Assembly (NCBI GenBank): GCA_947479535.1
Contig: CANJZQ010000001.1
Location: 14,324-78,323, forward strand
Source of the DNA: Oligoflexales bacterium
GTDB taxonomy: Bacteria; Bdellovibrionota_B; Oligoflexia; Oligoflexales; RGVZ01
Direction of reading: 5' to 3'
Length of the DNA: 64,000 nucleotides
Shown: one piece after another, positions 1-8,960 of the stretch
Position numbering within the stretch: position 1 is the stretch's first letter
How the letters are laid out: each line of letters starts with the position of its first letter
Translations under genes and position numbers: made by a program
The notes under the pieces: generated by a model
Database searches by the model: none
What the model was told of the DNA's origin: nothing
The model's input: the letters and a program-made list of their open reading frames with translations, nothing else

Positions 1-614
1 CTTACGACGCTATTGGTGTTGGCGCCGGGACCGTCTTGGCGGATCATCCGCGCCTTAATGTTCGCCACCCCTTTTTGAAAGACCCCTCGATGAGCCGGAC
101 TCCGCGTCGGGTGGTTTTTGACCCCCGGGGCAGAGCACTGGAATTCGCCCTTGGTGGGAACCTGGTCCCTCTTGTGATGGAGGAAACGGAAACCACGGTC
201 TGGTTGATTGCGCAACACGGTGTTGCTTTGGATTTGGTCCGTCGCGCCGAAGCCCGCCGCATCAAAGTTATTGCCGTTCCAGTTGAGATGGAATCTAAGC
301 GGTTTTTATGGAGTGAAGTGGACGGAGCCTTGCAAGCCCTCGGAATCAGAAGTCTGCTGCTTGAAGGGGGGCCGGGACTTTACGCATCAGCTCTGGGGAC
401 CGGTGACGGGCGTACTCGACCTTTTGTGAACAAGATTCACTTGTTTCAGTCGCCTCAAATTCTTGGCGACCGCTCCCCGGCTGGCGCGAAAGCCCTTCGT
501 TGGAATACTTCTACAGCCATGCGACAGTCCATTCGACAAGATCGCGTCCAGCTGTTTCAATTAGACGGCGATTGGGGTTTTGAAATCTCATTGGATTCTG
601 ACGCAGGAGGATGA
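1..614 (+). CDS. ribD: RibD-type reductase domain (riboflavin biosynthesis), 5' end outside the window
   Basis: The frame of ORF 36..614 stays open back to nt 3 (YDAIGVGAGTVLADHPRLNVR). It carries RibD_C/DHFR-like motifs DAIxVGxGTVxxDxPxL and LLLEGGPGL. Confidence 0.7.
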   Translation, partial: YDAIGVGAGTVLADHPRLNVRHPFLKDPSMSRTPRRVVFDPRGRALEFALGGNLVPLVMEETETTVWLIAQHGVALDLVRRAEARRIKVIAVPVEMESKRFLWSEVDGALQALGIRSLLLEGGPGLYASALGTGDGRTRPFVNKIHLFQSPQILGDRSPAGAKALRWNTSTAMRQSIRQDRVQLFQLDGDWGFEISLDSDAGG

Positions 615-617
615 TCA

Positions 618-1109
618 ATGACCACGTATGAAGCTCAACAAGCCAAGGTTCCTGCCGCAGCGCGTCCAGGTTTCCCCGAGATTTATCTGTCGCTGGCTTT
701 TGCTCTGGCCGAGAGGTCCTCTTGCAAAAGGCTAAAGGTCGGAACGGTCATCACCAGTGTCGATTACCGCAAGGTTCTCGCGGTAGGTTACAACGGTAAT
801 GCTTCGGGCCTGCCGAATTGTTGTGATCGTGATGAACCTGGGCTTTGCGGGTGCCTTCATTCCGAAGAAAATGCCGTGATCAACTGTGATAGCCCGCGCC
901 ACATTGAGAAATATGCGTTCGTGACGCACTTGCCTTGCGTGATGTGCGCGAAACGCCTGATCAACCTTGGGAACGTCAAGCGCGTGTACTATTGCCGTGA
1001 ATATCGTTCGCAGGATTCCATGAGCCTTTTCGAGGCCGTTGGAATTGAAGTGTGCAGGCTTGCATTTCCAACGATCGGTGGCTTGGTAATGGATGGGGCA
1101 CAACTCTGA
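618..1109 (+). CDS. dCMP (deoxycytidylate) deaminase, ComEB family
   Basis: Zinc-deaminase motifs HSEENA and PCVMCAKRLINLG, plus GYNG and a Cys-rich insert typical of dCMP deaminases. It starts 4 nt after the ribD stop. Confidence 0.8.
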   Translation: MTTYEAQQAKVPAAARPGFPEIYLSLAFALAERSSCKRLKVGTVITSVDYRKVLAVGYNGNASGLPNCCDRDEPGLCGCLHSEENAVINCDSPRHIEKYAFVTHLPCVMCAKRLINLGNVKRVYYCREYRSQDSMSLFEAVGIEVCRLAFPTIGGLVMDGAQL

Positions 1110-2047
1110 TGGCGACGCACGGACACCATGATCATCATCAGCATCATCACCACGGCCATCATGGTCATCATGGTCATCATCACGCCACAGGCGGAGGCCG
1201 AAAAAACATTTTTATCGCCATGCTGCTGAATTTTTCGTTTTCGGCGGTGGAGCTTGTTGGTGGTTTGTATGCAGGCTCAGTTGCGGTTGTAGCGGATGCC
1301 GTGCATGATTTCGGCGATGGGCTTTCTCTTTTTATGGCTTGGGTGATGGAAGGGGTTGCAGACAAGCAACGTGACTCGAGATTTTCATATGGTTATCGTC
1401 GTGTTTCGCTGCTTTCGGCTTTGGTCACATCACTAATTCTGGTTGCATCATCTGTTTTTGTGATCGCGCAATCCGTGCCTCGCCTGTTTCATCCAGTTCA
1501 GCCAAAGACTGGTTGGATGCTTGCCATCGCCATTGGCGGCATCGCCGTTAACGCATTCGCAGCCTGGCGTTTAAAGGCTGGGTCCACCTTGAATGAAAAG
1601 GTCTTGTCCTGGCACTTGGTTGAGGACTTGCTCGGTTGGCTTGTGGTTGCGATTTCCAGTATCGTGATGATGGTTATCGATATGCCCATCATCGATCCGG
1701 TTTTGTCGCTGCTATTTGTCGGATTCATTCTTTTTAATGTTTTAAAAAATCTTCGTTCAACCCTGGTGCTTTTTCTACAGGGCGTCCCTGAGCATCTGCA
1801 GATTGATGCCATCAAGTCTTCTATTGAGGCCATTTCTGGGGTAGCTGGAGTTCACGACTTGCATATGTGGTCGCTGGACGGAGCCCATCATATTCTGACG
1901 ATGCATCTTGTGGTCGATGCTTCGGACCTTTCGACCATTGAAGTCATCAAGGCACAAGTCAAAGCGATCATCCACTCTGCCGGTGACCATATCCTTCCGA
2001 CCATCGAGGTGGAAGCCGTGCCGGGAAGTTGTTCCAGCAAAATTTAG
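1109..2047 (+). CDS. Cation diffusion facilitator (CzcD/ZitB-like Zn/Co/Cd efflux) with a poly-His N-terminus
   Basis: ATG at 1109 overlaps the upstream TGA by 1 nt (TGATG). The N-terminus reads MATHGHHDHHQHHHHGHHGHHGHHH. Six predicted TM helices, CDF motifs (VAVVADAVHDFGD, HLVEDLLGW) and a C-terminal cytoplasmic domain (HDLHMWSLDG). Confidence 0.85.
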   Translation: MATHGHHDHHQHHHHGHHGHHGHHHATGGGRKNIFIAMLLNFSFSAVELVGGLYAGSVAVVADAVHDFGDGLSLFMAWVMEGVADKQRDSRFSYGYRRVSLLSALVTSLILVASSVFVIAQSVPRLFHPVQPKTGWMLAIAIGGIAVNAFAAWRLKAGSTLNEKVLSWHLVEDLLGWLVVAISSIVMMVIDMPIIDPVLSLLFVGFILFNVLKNLRSTLVLFLQGVPEHLQIDAIKSSIEAISGVAGVHDLHMWSLDGAHHILTMHLVVDASDLSTIEVIKAQVKAIIHSAGDHILPTIEVEAVPGSCSSKI

Positions 2048-3006
2048 TCTATGAATTGGCGTACAAGGTCGATGGCCTTTTGATAGTAAGCCGGGGTTTC
2101 AGAAAACAGCTCATGCCTCGCGCCGTGAATCACATCAAATTCGATTTTTGCTTTCGTATGATCTGCTGCCTTTTGGATCCATGATTGAATCGCTGCAGGA
2201 TCAACCACGCGCTCATCCGATCCCGTCAGGATCAAAACTGGTGTCGTCAATTTTTTTAAATTTTCAGGATCGTTTACAAAATCGATCGCCTCAAAGGTGG
2301 CCCTTAGCCACCCAAATTTCACTCCTCCCAAGGGATAAGGGGTGGCCTTGATGAATTCGTAGCGATCGTGATCGTTGGTCAGTGCGTTGCCCTCAAATGG
2401 TCCTTTGGTGAATGCACCTGCCCCGCTGGACAGGCGCATCGAGGCAGGGATCCGCCCAAGCACATTGGCAATCGGGCGGGCCAGAATTCGCGGCACCGGT
2501 TTGTCGGGAAGGCCCAAAAGCGGCGACGATAATATCAGTGCGTCAGGGTTGAGCATTCCCTCCATTGTGGCATGCAAGGCAATGAGCCCACCCATGGAAT
2601 GGGCAATCATAATGTAGGGCTTTTTCTTGATGATCTTGTTGATGATGTGGCGGCTATCAACAGAGTAAGATTCATAGTCGTTAATAAATGCCCGTTCGCC
2701 GCCAGAAGCACCCTGCCCGCGGTGATCCCAAGTTAGAAACCCGACATCGTCTTCGAGTTGCAGGTCAACTGGAACATGCGAATACTTTTCAATCCACTCG
2801 GTTCGACCATTTACAAAAACGAGGAAACGAGACATTTGCTCGGTGGTGCCACCAGACGGCAGTGAAACTCCGTAGCGCAAGGAAGGTCCCTTGTTAGGAG
2901 AAAGGCGGGTGATCTGCCATCCCCGGCCACTTGATTTTTTTTCAGCCTTGACGCTCGATGCATCAGGTGGCGTCTGAACTGAGTTTTCGGATTCGTTGTT
3001 GTTCAT
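2044..3006 (-). CDS. Alpha/beta hydrolase, lysophospholipase / monoacylglycerol-lipase-like
   Basis: Nucleophile elbow AHSMGG, the upstream WDHRGQGASGG motif and a C-terminal GARHELF His motif. Start taken at the internal ATG 3006 (MNNNESEN); the longer ORF to 3138 would overlap the GDPD gene extensively. Confidence 0.75.
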   Translation of the reverse strand: MNNNESENSVQTPPDASSVKAEKKSSGRGWQITRLSPNKGPSLRYGVSLPSGGTTEQMSRFLVFVNGRTEWIEKYSHVPVDLQLEDDVGFLTWDHRGQGASGGERAFINDYESYSVDSRHIINKIIKKKPYIMIAHSMGGLIALHATMEGMLNPDALILSSPLLGLPDKPVPRILARPIANVLGRIPASMRLSSGAGAFTKGPFEGNALTNDHDRYEFIKATPYPLGGVKFGWLRATFEAIDFVNDPENLKKLTTPVLILTGSDERVVDPAAIQSWIQKAADHTKAKIEFDVIHGARHELFSETPAYYQKAIDLVRQFID

Positions 3007-3739
3007 GCTCAACTCCAGCCTTCCAATGCGCCATTTCGCGCGGATAGTTTGTGCACAAGCCGTCGACTCCAATTGCAGCAAGGTAGTTCCACAGGCTCTC
3101 CCGGCCAGTTTTTTCACCCGCCATTGGGACCCATCCATAGACTTTCCAGCCTCTGGCTTTTGCCTGGTCCATGAGTTCCTCGTTAATCCATTCGGCTACC
3201 GGATGAAAAATCCAAGCCGATGCCATCATCATAAAAACCGGAGGTGCGAACCGGCTGAAATTCTGCCCAAGGAGGTTGTCGGTGCCCCAAAGGCAGGCGC
3301 GCTGAATTTTTTGGTGATTTTCTTTCAGGTGGATCAATGGTTCGGACTCAAAGGAAGAAATGACAAATGCATCCAGGCGGCCGTGGTTCTTGCAAACTCT
3401 GGCCACACTGTCAGCGAGTTTTGGATTACGGCCCTTGATCTCGATGTTGAGTTCAATCCGGTCCGCAAATTCATCGACGATCTCATCAAGAAATGGCAAG
3501 GGTTCACCATTTTTCAGGCTTATTTTGGCCAGATCGTTGCGATCTAGAGAAGAAATGAGGCCCATTGCGTCAACGGTATGGCCCAACCGGTCGTCGTGCA
3601 TGATGACGGCATGGCCGTCGCGGCTCAGTTGAACATCCAGCTCAATGCGACTCGCCCCGCCGTCGATGGCCCTCTCGTAGGCTGCACGGCTGTTTTCAAG
3701 GGCTTCGCGGTTGGCGCCGCGATGGGCGATGACTTTCAA
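2963..3739 (-). CDS. ugpQ: Glycerophosphodiester phosphodiesterase (GDPD family)
   Basis: N-terminus MKVIAHRGANxxALENS...IELDVQLSRDGHAVIMHDDRL is the canonical GDPD signature. Confidence 0.85.
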   Translation of the reverse strand: MKVIAHRGANREALENSRAAYERAIDGGASRIELDVQLSRDGHAVIMHDDRLGHTVDAMGLISSLDRNDLAKISLKNGEPLPFLDEIVDEFADRIELNIEIKGRNPKLADSVARVCKNHGRLDAFVISSFESEPLIHLKENHQKIQRACLWGTDNLLGQNFSRFAPPVFMMMASAWIFHPVAEWINEELMDQAKARGWKVYGWVPMAGEKTGRESLWNYLAAIGVDGLCTNYPREMAHWKAGVEHEQQRIRKLSSDAT

Positions 3740-3880
3740 AATGGGCTCCCTGCCTTTGAGTCCACTGTTTGTGGTGGAATCCTAATAAATTGTATTTTTG
3801 CTTGTCACGCTGGGAGGATGCAGTCGAAGCATCCTCATAAGATCCTACACCATCTCATCATTGTTCCGAAATTCAAACCA

Positions 3881-4681
3881 ATGGAAAACAAAATTATCAA
3901 AACTGGTGTTTATTTGACGTTGGTCGCAATGTCGATGGCTGTGTGGCAGGAACTGCATGCAGAAGGTCGAACTGACCTCCCAATTTGGGCCAAGGAAAAT
4001 ACAGTTGTCCAACAAGATCGAACTCTAAGCGTGGTTTGCTCGGGACGGGGTCCGTCTGTTGATCAAGCCCGGACCTATGCTTTGAGAAGCTGTAAATCTG
4101 CCACGGCCGATTTCCTGCAAAATGATTTAACAGTCCGGGGTTTAACGGTGGAGTCAGAGGGTGGAGTGGCGATCCATCAGGAAATTGAGGGTCGCGCCCA
4201 CTTTAAGGGTCTCTTCTGTAAACCCTTGAGAGACTATGTTCGATCGCTTTCAGATGGTCTGTTTGAAGTTTGGTTGCGTTGCGAATTTGATCTGACGAAA
4301 GTCGAACAAACCAATGAACAAAGAGAAGGCATTGAGCCGCAGGTAAATACATCGCGTGGCCTTGATCCCTCTCAAAAGCTTGACCTCGTCAAGCAGAGGG
4401 AGCTGGAAGTCGATGACGGCGGGAGAAGGCCGGTTCCTGCGAGCCTTGCGACGGTTCTCGATGTCATCAGCATTCCACCATGCGAGACGTTGATCATACG
4501 AGGTCTAAAGTCGCGGCCAATCAAGTGCTCCGCGGGGGGAATAACCAGCGCGACGTTGGATGCCGGTGACTTTGAGATTATTGTTCGTGCTGCGGGTTAT
4601 CTAAGCAAACGGGTCCGGATATCTCCGGGCGGAAAACGCCATGAAACGGTGCAGGTGATTCTTGATGCAGAAAATCAATAA
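3881..4681 (+). CDS. Secreted hypothetical protein with a PEGA-like C-terminal beta-sandwich
   Basis: Signal-peptide-like N-terminus (MENKIIKTGVYLTLVAMSMAVWQELHA). The C-terminal segment ...FEIIVRAAGYLSKRVRISPGG... resembles PEGA domains. The upstream part of ORF 3578.. is antisense to the GDPD gene, so it was trimmed. Confidence 0.5.
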   Translation: MENKIIKTGVYLTLVAMSMAVWQELHAEGRTDLPIWAKENTVVQQDRTLSVVCSGRGPSVDQARTYALRSCKSATADFLQNDLTVRGLTVESEGGVAIHQEIEGRAHFKGLFCKPLRDYVRSLSDGLFEVWLRCEFDLTKVEQTNEQREGIEPQVNTSRGLDPSQKLDLVKQRELEVDDGGRRPVPASLATVLDVISIPPCETLIIRGLKSRPIKCSAGGITSATLDAGDFEIIVRAAGYLSKRVRISPGGKRHETVQVILDAENQ

Positions 4682-5714
4682 AGTTCAGGCGGGTTCCCGC
4701 TCCAAGGTGGGCCTTGGTTTTGGAGCATTTATCTTTTTCCTGAATTCCGGCTGCCTTAGTACCTCGGCTGGTACGTATCGTGCCGCTGAGATTCGCGGAA
4801 CCTTGTCGAAAGTCTCATGGGTAACTCCCCTCTCTGATCAGATGAAAACAGCACAGCAGTTTGATCGCGTCCTCCATTCGCCGCAGGAAACACTCAAACT
4901 ATACTGTTCCAATGGGAAACCCCGGCGTACTTGGAACCTGCCGGTACGTGCGATTGTTCCCAGGCCGCCGGCAGGGATTCCAATCGATCAGGCATCGGAA
5001 ATCAAAGGGCGAGTGTATCAGGCATTCCGGAACATCATTGGGCCAGCGATTTTTATCGATGAGCCGGCTCCCCTTGCAGCTGCTGCCGGTGAAGTGGGTG
5101 CGGGCTCTCGTGTGTTGGCGGTCTCGACGGCGGATCCGGAGGCCCTTTTGGGAAAATTTCGTGAAACCCGGCTGAGCGATGGCGCCACCACACTGATGGT
5201 CGGCTATGACGCGCACAGCGGCCTTTTTTTGGGCGTCATTGACGCAATGGAATTTGCAATGGAACGGAGTGGATCTCCGGCAGAAGATAAATGGAAATTA
5301 AAGGGTGTCGCGGGTGGAACAAGACACAATCCCTCGCTGATGGGAGCGGTTTGGACGGATCGCAGATTCAAAAGTGCAGAGGGCGACGTGGTTTATCCGG
5401 TATACCCAGCCGGTGTACTAGAGGCTGGTTTGCTGCCGATGCATTTTACGATGCTTGTCCCGCCCGGAGTCCAGAAAAAATATTTCGCCGAGCTGACACC
5501 TGAGTGCGGATTTTTTGTCCGGGAAGATGGAACCTTTGACTTGGGTGACGCGGTGGGCGGCCGGCAACGGCTTTGGAATGCCTACTTCAATAAATCAATC
5601 GTCGTAGAAGAAGCCCAAACTTCAGATCCGGATGTGGTTCAATTCAATATCAGAATGGACCTTGATCTTTTTTGCGCTTACGCCCGGCCAGTTCAAGATC
5701 TGTTGACCAAGTGA
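4662..5714 (+). CDS. Hypothetical lipoprotein
   Basis: Lipobox-like FFLNSGC after a basic N-region. It overlaps the stop of the preceding gene by about 20 nt, suggesting an operon. No family recognised. Confidence 0.5.
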   Translation: MMQKINKVQAGSRSKVGLGFGAFIFFLNSGCLSTSAGTYRAAEIRGTLSKVSWVTPLSDQMKTAQQFDRVLHSPQETLKLYCSNGKPRRTWNLPVRAIVPRPPAGIPIDQASEIKGRVYQAFRNIIGPAIFIDEPAPLAAAAGEVGAGSRVLAVSTADPEALLGKFRETRLSDGATTLMVGYDAHSGLFLGVIDAMEFAMERSGSPAEDKWKLKGVAGGTRHNPSLMGAVWTDRRFKSAEGDVVYPVYPAGVLEAGLLPMHFTMLVPPGVQKKYFAELTPECGFFVREDGTFDLGDAVGGRQRLWNAYFNKSIVVEEAQTSDPDVVQFNIRMDLDLFCAYARPVQDLLTK

Positions 5715-5741
5715 AGGCAAAACGAACATTCTGGCTTTTAG

Positions 5742-6500
5742 TTAGCGCGGAAACATGACGGCAATCGGTCCGGAGAGGCCAAATTCAAACCCGGACCCGG
5801 AATTGTTCACGCTCGATGTTTCGTTGGTCTGTTTCCAGATCTCGTTGCGACTGACTAGCGTCATGTAAAAAGGCCCGAAAAATCCACCAAGAAAGAAATC
5901 TACAGGTGGTTTCTCTGCCGTAAAATTGATCTCTGCGTCTTGACCATAGATGCTGTTTGTGGCCTTGGCAGACTTGCCGAGGAATCGTCTGATCCCGCCA
6001 AATATTCCACGAGTGTTCAGCCTTTGAATTGGGAAATAAACCGCAGATTCAACGTAAACACCAGAGTATTCCAGGGTGAACGGATAGCTGCCAGAAGAGC
6101 TGTTGTAGGCCATTGTATCAGGGGTGGCATCCGTTGAGGTCACTTCATACCCGGTCGTAACCGCTGCTCCGGCAGACTCAAAAATCTCAAGGCGCGCAGT
6201 GGCGCCGAACCGGAATGTTTCGCTGCCTTCGTTTTTGAGCGTCGATAGTTCCTGATCAGAACCACTGAGGCGTGCGCGGAATGTTTTTTCGTCCGCTTTG
6301 CGGATAGCTAGGGCGGAGTCAAGGCCAAGGGCCAATTCCAACTTTCCAGACCATGGGTTGACCCGGATGTCATCGCAGATCCCGTCGCTTCTCTGTCCTG
6401 TTGCACATTGTACGGCAGGGTCCGTCGTCACAACTCCGGCCGCTGCTGAAGAGGCGATCGTCACACTTGCTGCCATGGAAATCATGCGGATTGTTTTCAT
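5742..6500 (-). CDS. Secreted, probable outer-membrane beta-barrel-like hypothetical protein
   Basis: Signal peptide (MKTIRMISMAASVTIASSAAAG) and an alternating amphipathic, Gly/aromatic-rich pattern. A GAGGGA RBS precedes it, directly downstream of hflX. Confidence 0.5.
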   Translation of the reverse strand: MKTIRMISMAASVTIASSAAAGVVTTDPAVQCATGQRSDGICDDIRVNPWSGKLELALGLDSALAIRKADEKTFRARLSGSDQELSTLKNEGSETFRFGATARLEIFESAGAAVTTGYEVTSTDATPDTMAYNSSSGSYPFTLEYSGVYVESAVYFPIQRLNTRGIFGGIRRFLGKSAKATNSIYGQDAEINFTAEKPPVDFFLGGFFGPFYMTLVSRNEIWKQTNETSSVNNSGSGFEFGLSGPIAVMFPR

Positions 6501-6506
6501 GGTCCC

Positions 6507-7961
6507 TCAATCGAGCTTGAACTGCTTTTTGATGCGGTCAAGGTCTGGCTCAAAACATTTTACAGTGAGGCGCGTGCCTTCGTCGTCATGCTCTTCGGAA
6601 AGAACTCTCATCGTGGCATGTATTTCTGCCGTCGCTGCGCTTTTGGCATACGGAACAAAAATTCCAGCCTCAATCATATTGTGCTCAAAGTGGGACTGAA
6701 TCAACTGGTGAAGGGCACCCACGCTGTCTTTGTCCTTCGTTGACAGGAAAACCGGGTCGTTGAACTCGCGTTTGAGGGCAGCAATTTCCAGTTGGGAAAG
6801 CATGTCTACCTTGTTCAAGACCAGAAGGGTGTCGGCATGGTTGGCGCCGATTTCTCCCAAAACTTTTTTGGTGGTTTCCAGTTGCGAGCGGAAGGCTGGG
6901 TCCGAAGCATCGACAATGAACATCAGGAGCGAAGCATCCAAGGCTTCGTCCAGTGTGGACCTGAATGAGGCGACCAGATCATGAGGCAGTTTTTTTATGA
7001 AGCCAACGGTATCCGAGATCAAAATCCGTGGCTTTGTTTCCGGGTGCATGACCCGTACCGTGGTATCGAGCGTGGCAAAGAGGCGGTCTGCAACCAGAAC
7101 TTCACTTTTGGTCAGGGCTCGCATGAGGGATGATTTCCCGGCGTTGGTGTAGCCGACCAACGCCACCTTCAGGTGCTCGCTGCGGCGTGCCCGGCGCAAA
7201 GCCTGATCCTTGTTGATGGCTTCAATCTCCCGGCGCAAGGCGGCGATCTTGTCGCGGATGCGGCGGCTTTCAAGTTCGTGAGCTGTTTCGCCGACTCCCT
7301 TGGCACCGATTCCGCCGCCTTGCCGTTCACCCGCGCCCGTCACCCGGATGCGTGGCGCAAGATAGGTCAGGCGTGCGATCTCGACCTGAGCTCGGGCTGC
7401 TGGTGTTTTGGCGTGCCGGTAGAAGATTTCGACAATCACGCCCGTGCGGTCGAGCACATCGACCCCCAAAGCGGCCCCGAGATTCCGCAGTTGGGTCGGA
7501 GTCAGCTCGTTGTCGAATACGACAAACTGGACTCTTTCCGCCTCGGGCAGGGGAGCGCTGGGGTCGTGTTTTTTTTCTTGTGAATCGTCGGCAAAGTCAT
7601 GATCCAAGTCGTCTGCGGCTTCGTCCCCCTCGGCGAGATCTTCGATTTCTTCGTCCTCGGGGCGTTTATGCACGCCTGCTTTGGTGCGGACGACGGGTTT
7701 GTTGGCGGTGACGATGCCTGTCCCGCCGGTCCACCGGGCGATCTCTTTTAATTTGCCGTCCCCGACCACAGATCCGGCGGCCGGTGATGATCTTTTTTGA
7801 CTAATAGATTCAACAACTTCCATCCCGAGGGTGTGAACCAGCCGGCCAAGTTCAGCCAGAGAAGCTGCGTGCTCCTGGTCGCTAACCCCCGGAAGTTGCA
7901 GAGAGACGAGCAAGGCCCGTGGGAGCTTTTTATCAGCAATATCAGGAATCTTTAAAGTCAT
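6507..7961 (-). CDS. hflX: GTPase HflX
   Basis: HflX N-domain, then G motifs GYTNAGKSS, DTVGF and NKVD. Homology begins at MTLKIPDIADKK (ATG 7961). The 160-codon upstream extension of the ORF is antisense to gene 8098..8874. Confidence 0.9.
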   Translation of the reverse strand: MTLKIPDIADKKLPRALLVSLQLPGVSDQEHAASLAELGRLVHTLGMEVVESISQKRSSPAAGSVVGDGKLKEIARWTGGTGIVTANKPVVRTKAGVHKRPEDEEIEDLAEGDEAADDLDHDFADDSQEKKHDPSAPLPEAERVQFVVFDNELTPTQLRNLGAALGVDVLDRTGVIVEIFYRHAKTPAARAQVEIARLTYLAPRIRVTGAGERQGGGIGAKGVGETAHELESRRIRDKIAALRREIEAINKDQALRRARRSEHLKVALVGYTNAGKSSLMRALTKSEVLVADRLFATLDTTVRVMHPETKPRILISDTVGFIKKLPHDLVASFRSTLDEALDASLLMFIVDASDPAFRSQLETTKKVLGEIGANHADTLLVLNKVDMLSQLEIAALKREFNDPVFLSTKDKDSVGALHQLIQSHFEHNMIEAGIFVPYAKSAATAEIHATMRVLSEEHDDEGTRLTVKCFEPDLDRIKKQFKLD

Positions 7962-8097
7962 CTTGCAACATCCCGAGGGGGGGGGTTTTGAGGCACCTTC
8001 GCCATAGTTTTGACGGAAGGGGTCTGTCGAATAGCAACTTGATACACTGGGATCAAGGCAAGTCCAAGGCCCGCTCTGACAATAAGGAAGGTGTCCA

Positions 8098-8874
8098 ATG
8101 AAAATGTTCAAGTTCATCACCCGGAATATTGGCATCACACCCGCAATTGCTTTTGTTCTGTGCGCTTCCCAGCCACTTATTGCCGCAGCCGCACCGAAAT
8201 CAGGCGGAGGCGCTCCGGCGAGCCCCGGTTCGATGGCAGGAATGAGTTCGGGTAGCTCGGGAAGTTCAAGCTCCGGGGGATCCCGCTCCCTGGTCCTGAC
8301 GGTTCCGGTGGTTAATTTGACCCGCGATTCAGCCTTTCGTGCTGAGGTGAACCTGCACTCGGCCTCCCTGTCGATCGAGTCAGCGATCACGGAAGAATCC
8401 GAGGAATATCCCGAAGAAAAGATTCTGCTTTCTGGTGATTCAATGATCACAAACGGCCATCAGATTGCTCTGATGCTCAGCCGTTATGGGAATCCCGCAA
8501 ATATGTCCGGGTGGTTCTGGACCCTGGGTGCTGGAATGCGCAAAATGAACGGAACTTGGAAAACCAACCCCAGCCAGCTGGGTCTCATAAGAGGCATGGC
8601 ATCGCTTGTCATCGACGATGCGGGCAAGGTCATGCATCGCTACACTGCAAGCGGGACGACGGGGCATGGCCGCTTCGGTTACCGCTGGGTATCGCAGTCG
8701 ATTCCCTTGGCAATTGGCGGGCATATCGGGGTCCGTCATTTCGACGGCCAATTTAAGGACGTCGAGCCGATCGATTCGGACTACAGCCCTCTGGCGATTG
8801 ACGATCAGGCTTCCCTGCGGCGCAGATACATGACCCGTCTGGAGCCCGCCATTGAGTTTGGTCTGGCATTTTGA
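8098..8874 (+). CDS. Secreted OMP-like hypothetical protein with a Gly/Ser-rich linker
   Basis: Signal peptide ending LIAAAAP, then a low-complexity SGSSGSSSSGGS stretch. The C-terminus ...IEFGLAF ends in an aromatic residue, as beta-barrel OMPs do. Confidence 0.5.
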   Translation: MKMFKFITRNIGITPAIAFVLCASQPLIAAAAPKSGGGAPASPGSMAGMSSGSSGSSSSGGSRSLVLTVPVVNLTRDSAFRAEVNLHSASLSIESAITEESEEYPEEKILLSGDSMITNGHQIALMLSRYGNPANMSGWFWTLGAGMRKMNGTWKTNPSQLGLIRGMASLVIDDAGKVMHRYTASGTTGHGRFGYRWVSQSIPLAIGGHIGVRHFDGQFKDVEPIDSDYSPLAIDDQASLRRRYMTRLEPAIEFGLAF

Positions 8875-8960
8875 ACGCAAATCCTTTGCGATGACCCGCG
8901 CTCTGGGCTAAGGCTCTTAAGGAACCAAGTCTTAAGGGAAAACCGGCGCGGGGAGGATTT

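Noticed and set aside
1130-1190. CAT/CAC-rich repetitive DNA that could be taken for a microsatellite or repeat array
   Set aside because: It is in frame within the CDF gene and encodes the poly-His tail. There is no spacer/repeat organisation.
7962-8450. N-terminal 160-codon extension of the HflX ORF, including a PELELPELPEL repeat
   Set aside because: HflX similarity starts at Met 7961. The extension is antisense to gene 8098..8874, whose Gly/Ser-rich repeat DNA produces the apparent peptide repeat.
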